Below are positions 12,001 through 18,900 of a stretch of 64,000 nt of DNA, piece by piece; positions within the stretch are counted from its first letter, which is position 1, and every line of letters begins with the position of its first letter. A model generated the notes under the pieces. The model was given only the letters and a program-made list of their open reading frames with translations. It did not search any database and was not told the origin of the DNA. Source of the DNA: a virus. Made by a program: the position numbers and the translations under genes. Location: positions 8,360-72,359 of the IMG/VR virus record IMGVR_UViG_3300017957_000012, one strand, 5' to 3'.

Positions 12001-12766
12001 CTACGCCGGCAGAAATGAGTTTAAACCAATCGTTCCCTTCATCCCATTGAATAGATGATGTTGCTAGACTACCACGAAGAACTTCCCAACCAGCATTTTC
12101 TGATGGAGTACCCGACGTAAAATTACTGTTAAGAGTAATGATGTTATCAGACAACAGAATTGTTTCAGTGTCAACATACGTGGTATTACCAGAAACAGTA
12201 AGATCGCCCGTAATAATGAGGCTACCAAACATGGTATCGTCTTCATCTGAGCGAAGGAATTGAGTTGAATCGAGTTGATCAAGAGTTGCAGCGTCGAATG
12301 AACCACCTTGACTTGCTTGGTCAAGAACAGTAATGATTCGATTACCGTCGATCGTGGAAGTAGCAAGACCTTTAAAATCGTTTCCTGTTGAACTAATAAC
12401 TAAACGATCAGAACCGGCATATTGAATTGCAATCCCGTTTGTGTTATTATAGAATCGAATCTTATTATTGCTGCCGGTGTTAGTCAGTTCATATGTTCCA
12501 CCGACTAAGTTTTGAATGAGGAGAGTATCTGCGTCACCGGTAAGTTTAACAAGACTTGCAGCGGGAGTAAAACCACCAGCGCCGGTATTTTCAACCTCAA
12601 GTGACGTGGTAGTAGCCGTGCTATTTTCGATTGTAACGGCACCGGCGAGATTACTAGTTCCTGTAACTTGTAATTCGTCTATGCCATTATCGGTCGTCGA
12701 TCCAATGATCGCGCGGACCGGAGTCAATAAGCCATTTTTGGCTATAAACTTTTTATCATTTGCCAT
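3020..12766 (-). CDS. very long modular tail fibre (~3250 aa) with C-terminal peptidase S74 intramolecular chaperone
   Basis: C-terminus AYSDRRKKKNIVTIDNALDKVLQLRGVYY...GMIAQEV...YALDY plus coiled coil; about 19 YYDxxNxxYYxDPASTS-type joints. Start placed at ATG 12766 (MANDKKFIAKNGL) because the GGGGAG SD is correctly spaced for it, not for GTG 12775. Confidence 0.85.
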   Translation of the reverse strand: MANDKKFIAKNGLLTPVRAIIGSTTDNGIDELQVTGTSNLAGAVTIENSTATTTSLEVENTGAGGFTPAASLVKLTGDADTLLIQNLVGGTYELTNTGSNNKIRFYNNTNGIAIQYAGSDRLVISSTGNDFKGLATSTIDGNRIITVLDQASQGGSFDAATLDQLDSTQFLRSDEDDTMFGSLIITGDLTVSGNTTYVDTETILLSDNIITLNSNFTSGTPSENAGWEVLRGSLATSSIQWDEGNDWFKLISAGVDLGRIITTADEGANNGFDADTVDGLDAWQFLRSDVDDTAQGNITIKGDLTVGDDVGAAQIILNGTGQDRVLYADNGEIGFLNAGFNWALKSDTNGDLEVERDVEAGRNVIGATGVTATTGNVTASAGDVIAQNNVTATTGDVSASAGSVTAQVNVTATTGNVSATAGDVTAGNNITAQNNITATTGNITASAGAISAATTVTAGTDVIGKRFVDADTNTYYADPASNSIFSGLGLDDNLFHNGDTDTRLRFETDHIKLETGGNTRFDVNNTRALSSLDLYAPNLIVNDALIHNNDTDTKITFATDTIDLDTGGATRLTANNSGVSVFGNLSVSGDINAGGDVYASIYYDADDNNYYADPNGTSVMKTIGIDDYIVHNGDSDTKIGFLQNDTLQMDAGGTTIFLAQSTAAEYYVDVYGEGAYFRKYYDNDNNAYFLDPGDTTLSLNVAGRARTGDGTLALPAYSFINDTNTGMYRKGADQIGFSAGGNEELVIYNNRVEAPGSVRSPIFYDLPDTTYYGDFAGTSQMSQIDIDSYIRHRGDTNTYMGFPGNDDFTITVDGTERLGIDTDSADFTVDVYAPKFIDSDNNSYYLDPADASLSAVLSSGVRIHTIGNYDRWSDTTGDGGISLVGAGDRAVGQSTTVAISGNYSGSYSLMYLNRIDPNANPFNDGNRYIEFRHDGTTGTNLSGDSSGNLYWLLLAGTSQSYWTQAGSELLTINDNGDIVVGGSSATYTDGGDNTPLTAAIDPAKLHVNGSIYLNGANNGIIFGRGTASFLRDEELGFGWGGGWYMTDATYLRVRNDKTILSGGGATLSGDVYANRYYDVNFQQRWIEPGGGGQLEGNFEFAASSTGTSYSTAAIELRESNYTGNGTATPPQLGFHWGGVVASNIALESNGRIAIRNNPGNDYEKFGASEIHGRKFFDIDNNQYSFEPAVSAAWRLQTPTGYLDFGSMNASYVHFQTDRDTFYFNKPVAFDGNIFGYGGNETASFARYYDSNDPTFWADPNAESIFRTLKLYNKAAPQNDFVALTIDNGDGTGDIDAPESWVAFNFRDSNANYTPQVRIGGRAGYNTGSADNLDKEGSGNFIVQTSIGSGGAGAGTIRDTFWVDYLGNSTSLTSSRAPIFYDWTNTNWYANPDGDSRLNTITLDGNAVQLREPTGDYGSFMVDGGGRNGWEGFSIGGRVVFMHNNSSAVGMYNDVDNEWLMRFDLNGSNDLYYNGIIQAQTQSGYFLANNEIRSPIFRDTTSPTTWFVDPSGTSRVNTLRTNRIYPAYDNDTSIYIDYVSGDYGSLQINGNGKNGWRGWSLLSHFVWMTPGDAVRHGMYNDVDNQWQQQWYRGAGTRLYYAGGEQFSIENGYALATNQMRAPIYHPPNSTTWRLDLDAGNTSYALRIPGIIRRDNFQTSGDGNNNVLLDTQDYTHWIWRTAGDWGIMWAGNNNPYRSYFSTSNPNEIVFIGNGNLRASIDLDNGDAHFTGNLTAPNIAISGSGGDISLNPAYGSGGADLVLFDFTEYTQAEVTSGLKGAESNNIAQSEYVDVQDAPFAGRVVQTGAYRVFDSDYIPVAPGEDIYGEISVRRVSGSGGLVYMGVRRYDKDKRPIAGNDGITYFVVSSNNYTSTSWTTFRGHTTIPTSHTPYNGSDGGGCRYVRVIVLMNYPSGGGPATRQYGGIMLKRRNVESNLLVDNVVANDILADDITADLIDAYRFRDRDSTGYYIEPANTTESARLRGRMLIGPNNTWGDYIQVGGNGREYINNTGVASVVTTDGNLHIDAASGHQTYINYYDGDNIYFGNGGNGVHSRWQSNGDLFVGGGGSAAAGGFKLDVNGSTQVRGDLYANIFRDRSDPGNRYVDPASTSQINRLNVNEIKSFPSPNYGQLYFDNAGQVYPSGRSQVVGTGLGIYSSYSGGSGSPFTYDITASFNNNGKAFEIAADWINTNRTPLQVRSLRDCCQNWTQWRQIATAGVTYNHGADIYASRYYDSDNDFYYGDFASTSRVAAIDMYSTLSMMNGAQIQLRAPGSNNLRGYIQVRDTNDGHLRIATSGGEDIRFMDGGLDGQWNMIIRGDGNTLINNYIDATRFRDRNSPGFYGDFASTSQMNVVDVNRLRARGSTGYFWDGNEDLSMYVYGEIANSNYAAGNLQPGALNIGHTNRNYAWDGTSWAGSINVGILANTSETWEMAIHDSGDSVKSFVYFNGGSDFQIGRNIGWGTNRVIHPGGTASTIYTDWTNTGYYLNPASLFSSNINGFSLRTRAMLGGPGHSRDIVYSGSAYFHARPTITSDTNYWTGAVGWSRQDFNTRVADWGSGFFDTWSNPPNQPSGTSHWVGVQAYHYSNGSARYGWQLAGGPIAGLRFRNTWSSFSSWKHITMYGVNDAPSGSNGYLYARRFVDTDSSGYYADPASTSRWNSTVSNETYTYGWFRNYTSGRGLYSQANGRHFYSPGNVYWHIDGRSDVGGLIFYDRYNGSQGSSTGRRGYVYYDGSGFGLLHSGGGWALRIFSGNSNHELYGQTYANTLRAYIFYDRNNGSSYYSDPGSTSRLNVSITNTSYFSSNTSRGYAQGYSSRSSSLHRFSYITMNNGSSGWNDYRFHGIASTDYNNNFSDSISINSYNDVNIRLDSNSNNSSSYLRIHDNGRTNALNVAYIGRESNNAIAYFYNRVYGAIYYDHSAGYYFDGNSTTRCNQLTPNRINSPYPGGNSGITRSSSAYSFGFQESGSWSYPYPDLVLQYHTGMSFAANPSYGGMRFFNDYNSSTVRFQINGGSGSTLSHNFSNTWLHVGGGGVGIRSTYNSATFYPNNQSSYGSWNITGSRSGWRGLSFSDSTYRPHLMFDGSSSGGYYIQDLGRWVYYHNRARNCTGFASSSTLSGYRVRINGSLYCNGNVVAYSDRRKKKNIVTIDNALDKVLQLRGVYYERKEDLIDERDDLFKGRQLGMIAQEVLEVVPEVVSYAEEVDEYALDYPKMVGLLVEAHKDQQEIINNQQEKIDKLEEMVYNMMQKMENL

Positions 12767-12800
12767 TCGGTTCACTCTCCCCAGATCTGGCGTTTAGTTT

Positions 12801-12808
12801 TATTTATT
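12801..12808 (-). promoter_or_regulatory. T4-type late promoter (AATAAATA)
   Basis: Intergenic, about 35 nt upstream of the long-fibre start. Confidence 0.6.
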
Positions 12809-15800
12809 TTAATCTACAATAAGGGTAGCCGCTATTTTAAATACAGTTGAAGCACTTTGTGCCGGAGTAACCGTGATTCGAACGTTTGCACCTATAATGG
12901 AAACTTCATAACTTGCTAAATTAGAGCCCGTAGCGATTGTACCAAACTCGGTGGCCGATGCTGTGGTATCATCGTGGACAATTAAAAGCTTTGTGATATG
13001 TCTATTTATTCCTTCTGTTGCAGTGATAACTACTTCTGCACTATTATATGTTGCAAAAGGAAATTCAAATAATGTTGCTGCGTTTTGGCTTGATTTCGTC
13101 ACAGACTCAGTTACGTAATGAGCATGAGATTGTAGAATATCGTCTTGTACAGTTAACGTGGCTTGAATGTCAAGATTGCCTGACATCGTATCGCCGGTAA
13201 CATTAACATATCTCGCATCAGCTTCTTGGACAGTAAGGAAGTCCATTGTACGAGTTGTGTGTGCTATAACGTGACCAAATTGGTCAAAGTCTATACTTGA
13301 AATTACGTCTTTAAATGCTGTGTTTACGTTAGCTACACTTGACGTATCGGCGTGGCCAATAATTGGAACCGCACCTTCGCCTGTTGTGCCAAGGATAATG
13401 ATACCATCTGTGTTTGAAATTGACTCAACATAATCACCAGTGGTGTCTGTACCAAGAGCAACAGAATCAGCCTGTACGGTGGTTGCAATACTGATAGTGC
13501 CATCGCCAAGATTGGTTAATGTAGTATTAGCAGTACCGGCGATGTCACCCGTGAGTGAAACAGTGATGTTTGGATTCCTATCGATTACACCAGCCGTGAT
13601 AGTACCAGTTACATCGAGATTTGCGCTGACTGTCAAATCTCCCGTCATTGTATCGCCATCTACATTAACAAATCGATTATCCGACTCATTTTCTGTATAG
13701 TACCGACCGTCTAACGCACCATTTTGTAATTCTGTTTCTGTATAGTATCGACCATCCAGTGCGCCAAGATTCAATTCTGCTTCAGTATAATATCGATTAT
13801 CAAGTTGACCAGCATTGAGTTCTACTTCTGTATAATATCGATTATCGAGCTGACCGCCATCAAGTGCAGCCTGCGTATAAAAGCGAAGATCAAAATTACT
13901 CGTGTTTGCTGTGAGCACATGACCAAACTGGTCGAATGTCATAGCTTGTATTACTGAGCCAGTATTAAGTAGATTAATGTCAGCAATATCAGACGTGTCG
14001 GCGTGCTCAACAGTTATTGTTGTATTTGAAAATTGGTTGAGTGTAAATGATCCCGAACCTATCAGTCCAGTGTTCGCTTCGATAATGATATTAGCGTTAC
14101 CAACGTTGGACGCTGCATTTGCAATAATGTCTGCAGCATGTTGGCCGTCTACCGTATCTGCGTCAAGTCCAGTAAATTGATCAATTAATTGGTTAAATTG
14201 CTGGCCACTTGTCAAATAAATTTGAAGTGTGTTATTAGCAATTTCCCAATCTGTACTCGCGACTGTCGTACCAGAAGGAGAAGCAATTTCAGTAACATTG
14301 GTAATACGACCATCTTCATCAACGGTAAATTGTGGAACGAATGTACCACTACCATATTGGCCTGGTGTAACACCGGTATTGGCCAATTCTGTTTGTACTG
14401 TCATAATACCGGTATTTGATGTCACATTACCTGTCACTTTACCGGTTAATGTGACAGTAAGATCTTCTTCAATTCGATCGAGCTTTGCACCGTCTAACGC
14501 AATATCTCTTCCATCGACGGTGCCCGAGACAATGATATCACCATTAACTGTAATTTCGTCAAACTCGTCAATATTAGCTTTAAAGACTGAGCCATCACCT
14601 GTAAGTATCGATAAGGTACTATTTGCTGTATACCATGTTACGTCATCGACACCTGCAACCGCGGTGTTCGAAACAACAGTTAATCGTCCATCTTCATCTA
14701 CAGTGATAATAGGAATCTGAGAAGCGTTTCCATACGTTCCCGGCGTTACACCAGTGTTAGCTAACTCGGTGGCGAGTGTCATTACTCCAGTGTTAGAGAA
14801 AGCCGTACCAGTAACTTTACCCGTAAGTGTAAGGTCTAATCCATCTTCGAGTAAGTCAAGCTTGGCGCCGTCTGCAGCTATATCTCGTCCATCGATAAGG
14901 CCGGTTACATGAATATTGTTTGCACTAATATCGCCTTCAACATCGAGAGAATCAAATCCAAGATTAGTAATATTAACTGAGTTTGCGGTCAGGTCTTCGA
15001 CTGTAATATCTTTAAATTGATTAAGATAAATGTTATAGATTGATCCATCACCGGTCGTAAGAACAAGTTGATTATTCGCTGCATCCCAAGTAAAGTCATC
15101 GACACCGGCTACTGCTGTATTACCCGCCGAAGTGATTCGTCCATCTTCGTCGATCGTAATAACTGGAATTTGTGAAGGTGTACCGTAAGTGCCTGGTACA
15201 ACGCCGGTATTTGCGAGCTCTGTAGTGAGAGTCATAATACCGGTGTTAGAAAATGCTGTACCAGTAACTTTACCGTCTAATGTAAGATCAAATGTTGCGG
15301 GTGGTACGTTAAAGAAGTTATTATAGTCGAGATAATACGTACCTTCTTGACCGTCGAGAAGATCTGCATCAAAACCATTGTTAGCGCCTTCGTCGCCGGT
15401 CGTAATGATTCTTCCTAATACGCCGCCCGAAGCAATTTCCCAATAGTCACCTGCCTCGTTCCATTGAAGTGTTACGTTGTTTGCGATTCCTCTTTCAACT
15501 TCAAGGCCAGCGTTTTGACTCGGACTGCCTGTATGATTAGCGTTAAGAGTAATAATATTATCAGCGAGGTTAATCGTTTCTGTATTGACATAGGTCGTAT
15601 TCCCCGAAACAGTAAGATCACCAGTAATAACTAGACTACCCTGTAAGGTATCGTCTTCATCTGACCTTAAGAATTGAGTTGAGTCTAACCCGTCGAGTAG
15701 ATCTGCGTCTAAACCAGAGTTAGCGCCGTCGACTGTTTTAATCAGCGCAAGAAGATCGTTGGGATCTGCACTAAATTCTACTATGACTTCTGTGTTTGCT

Positions 15801-15931
15801 GCGGAGTCGAACTTCTTAATGAAGAACTTACCATCAGCGGTGTTGATCGCGATCTCACCGAACTCGAGTTGCCCTGTAGTCGGCACGCGACCGGGTACAG
15901 CGCTTCGTCGAAGCTTGATTAATGTCGACAT
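12809..15931 (-). CDS. tail fibre/connector protein with Mtd-N-like N-terminus
   Basis: MSTLIKLRRSAVPGRVPTTGQLEFGEIAINTADGK start; three GTYG..SQIP..TVDEDGR repeats; five 15-aa RYYTE repeats; C-terminal beta-sandwich (YNSAEVVITA...LLIVHDDT...EFG). Confidence 0.75.
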   Translation of the reverse strand: MSTLIKLRRSAVPGRVPTTGQLEFGEIAINTADGKFFIKKFDSAANTEVIVEFSADPNDLLALIKTVDGANSGLDADLLDGLDSTQFLRSDEDDTLQGSLVITGDLTVSGNTTYVNTETINLADNIITLNANHTGSPSQNAGLEVERGIANNVTLQWNEAGDYWEIASGGVLGRIITTGDEGANNGFDADLLDGQEGTYYLDYNNFFNVPPATFDLTLDGKVTGTAFSNTGIMTLTTELANTGVVPGTYGTPSQIPVITIDEDGRITSAGNTAVAGVDDFTWDAANNQLVLTTGDGSIYNIYLNQFKDITVEDLTANSVNITNLGFDSLDVEGDISANNIHVTGLIDGRDIAADGAKLDLLEDGLDLTLTGKVTGTAFSNTGVMTLATELANTGVTPGTYGNASQIPIITVDEDGRLTVVSNTAVAGVDDVTWYTANSTLSILTGDGSVFKANIDEFDEITVNGDIIVSGTVDGRDIALDGAKLDRIEEDLTVTLTGKVTGNVTSNTGIMTVQTELANTGVTPGQYGSGTFVPQFTVDEDGRITNVTEIASPSGTTVASTDWEIANNTLQIYLTSGQQFNQLIDQFTGLDADTVDGQHAADIIANAASNVGNANIIIEANTGLIGSGSFTLNQFSNTTITVEHADTSDIADINLLNTGSVIQAMTFDQFGHVLTANTSNFDLRFYTQAALDGGQLDNRYYTEVELNAGQLDNRYYTEAELNLGALDGRYYTETELQNGALDGRYYTENESDNRFVNVDGDTMTGDLTVSANLDVTGTITAGVIDRNPNITVSLTGDIAGTANTTLTNLGDGTISIATTVQADSVALGTDTTGDYVESISNTDGIIILGTTGEGAVPIIGHADTSSVANVNTAFKDVISSIDFDQFGHVIAHTTRTMDFLTVQEADARYVNVTGDTMSGNLDIQATLTVQDDILQSHAHYVTESVTKSSQNAATLFEFPFATYNSAEVVITATEGINRHITKLLIVHDDTTASATEFGTIATGSNLASYEVSIIGANVRITVTPAQSASTVFKIAATLIVD
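13675..13895 (-). repeat. 45-nt (15-aa) tandem coding repeat LDxRYYTExEL, 5 copies
   Basis: FDLRFYTQAALDGGQ/LDNRYYTEVELNAGQ/LDNRYYTEAELNLGA/LDGRYYTETELQNGA/LDGRYYTENESD; DNA tataatatcgattatc recurs 45 nt apart. Confidence 0.85.
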
Positions 15932-15968
15932 ATGTATGCCCTTTCCACTCTATGATCTATATAGATCT

Positions 15969-18900
15969 TTAAAAAGTACCACCGTCTAATTCGGCGACGG
16001 TCACCTCTCCTGCAGTTACATTAAAGTTTGCTGCGGCAAATGAAGCAACACCAATGTTGGCAGTCGTTGCAAGTTCACCTGCGATTAAAATTTGATTATT
16101 ACTTACTTGTGTATTAATCCCTTCGCCGGCACCAAAGGTAATAACCTCACCTAAAGAAACTACATCAGTGTTTCCGGTTTCGGCAGCAAAGGATATAAAT
16201 GGATTAGCGATCTTAGCATTTGCAATACCGCTATCCTTTACTCTTATAACATCATTAACGATTTCTAATGTAACGTCGTCAACGTTAGCACTAAAGGCTG
16301 TATTAGCTACATCGTATGTAAGACCTTCGCCACCAATAAGATTAGATAAGCTAGTCGTTATTTCATTATCTAGATATCTCTTATTTACAACGTCGAGGTT
16401 CCCGACGGGGTCGAGCACATCAGAAATAACCGAGTTAGCAGCTCTAATTATACCCGTGGCTGGATTTAAAGTAATATCAGTAACAACTGTACTAATACTA
16501 TTTACGTCAATTACAAGATTACCAGATCCAACTGCAAGGCTATTGTCGAGCGCAAGTTGTACGAATACTGAATTTGTACCAGATGGATCGAGGAAATAGT
16601 TTGGATTGCTTATATCAACGAATCTTTCGGCCTTTGTATCTCCACCGACAGTCCAAGATGAATCACTTCTATCAGAGTATACTGCAAAATTATATACGTC
16701 ATTTAGAAATCCAATCTTACCGCCAGCCGCATAAAGAATCGAACTTTGGTTAGCAGGACCATCTCTAAACGTTAGCTGAGATACCGCTTGGCCATAACCG
16801 ATAATAGCACTGTTAATTTGAGAAGTTGCAGCAGGTTCAATATAAAAATCGTTATTTGCTGCATCAAGAAGTTTCGGAACAGCAAGGTCACCGGTCATAG
16901 TATCGCCGGTTTCATTAACATAACGATCGTCAGCATTAGCTGTAAAATCAATAGAGGTTGAAATCGTAGTGTTTGAGTTTGCAAGAACTCGTGCCGAACC
17001 AATGACATCACCAGTTAGAATAATGTCGAAGTCATCGACAATGAAGTCCATCGTATCGTTGGCGTCATCGTTGACAACACTGATACCTTGCTGTACACCT
17101 TCTTCAAGCATGAGTGCGATAATATCACGAGATGTCTCAGTGAAGTCTGGAATCGCGTTAGCTTGAAGCTCTACTGGAATCTCAGTCGCAAAATCGATTC
17201 GTCCGTCTTCGGTAATTCTTATTCGCGGTGTAAATCCATCGTTACCATAGATGCCTGTACTTCCAGCCATAGGAGAAGTAAGGCCGATGTCAACGGCGTT
17301 ATTAGCAGAAGAATAAGCTTTAACTTCAAGTCCATTGACGAGTCTAACTTTAGGATCGTCTGTAACTTCGAGATCTCGCTGAGTACCAAGAAGAGGACCA
17401 TCTACAATTCCAAGTGTTGACGAGAAAGTATTTTCTAAATAGTCTAAATTAACTGCATCTGACTGGTTGACAGGAGCTGCAACACCTGTTATAATAGTAC
17501 TACCAACATTAATATTACCGCCCACATCAAAGACAAGATCTTGAGAAGGATCAGTAGTAATCTCACCAGTATTTTCAATAAAGAATCGGCGCGTTCCTTG
17601 CGTAAAGAATTCGAGTCTATCGATGTCAGCAGACGATTCGGCAGTAATCTTAGTATCTTGGTCTACGTCAATGACCGAGCCCGCAAGGCCGGCCCATCGA
17701 GTGCCGTCATATCCTTCGAATCGACTATCCTGAGAATTGAAGCGAATCATACCGGCCGAGCCAGTAGGACGCTCTAAACGATTTCCTATTGGTAGCTTAA
17801 GTGCACCAGCTCCGTCGATCGTAACAATTTCTGTATCAGAAATAATAGTCGGCGTATAAACTCGATACCAATTCTTTCCAATCGTACCGAGAGAGTAATT
17901 ACCGACTTCGTTAGGTACCAAGTCACTTTCAAAATCAGCAGATACTGTGATTGAGTCTGTGGGCGCATCACCAATGATAAGGTTGCCACCAATCGTCAAA
18001 TTGCCATCTACATCAATGTCACCGCCAACAATAAATGTTGATGTATCTGGATTGAATCTAAATGTGGTGTCAGTTAAGAGTCTTCCGTTATCACCAACAA
18101 AGACGACTCTATTTTTATCAAGATCGCCAACGCTTAATTGACCAATCGCCATTGTGCCGGTTACATCAAGATCGCCAGTTACGTCAAGATCTGGTACAGT
18201 GACCAGTCCATTGAAATATGTAAAGTCAGCAGTACCTTCGAGCTCGCCATCTGTTCCAGCAACGACTACTTGAGTAATCGTGAGATCTTCGACGTTTGCA
18301 GAAGCAAATGTAGCTTGGCCAACAGTTTGAAGAGTACCACGAGTAGTCATGTCGCCGGTTGCATAATCGACAGTAAATCGATTAAATGATGTACCGTAGC
18401 GTATGTTACCGGCCGCGTTAATTCTTAGAACGTGTGTTCCATTGGTGAAAAAGTCGAGTTGATCGTTATCGGCACCAGATGATGTCTCTGCGATAATCTT
18501 TGTATCTTGGTCGGCATCGATAACACCGCCTAACCCAATCCATTGTGCTCCGTTATAACCTTCGAACGCGCTGTCCGTAGTGTTATATCGAATCATACCC
18601 TGATCAGCAGTAGAAGGTCTCTGCGAGGTAGCACCATTTGGAATTGTAATTGCACCAACAGAATTAAAGTTTACTGCACCAAGGAAGACTGCGTCTCCAG
18701 TAAGATAGTCAAATGTAATTCTATTTTGAGCTAAGCCGTATCTAAAGTCACCATCTTGATCGATGGACATTCTATTAGTGCCGGCGGTAAAGAAGTTAAT
18801 GTCGTCGTTATCAGTACCGGGTGAAGCTTCAACCTGAATATAGGTATCTTGGTCCGAGTCTTTTAGACCACCAAGAGTACCCCATGCCGTTCCATTATAT

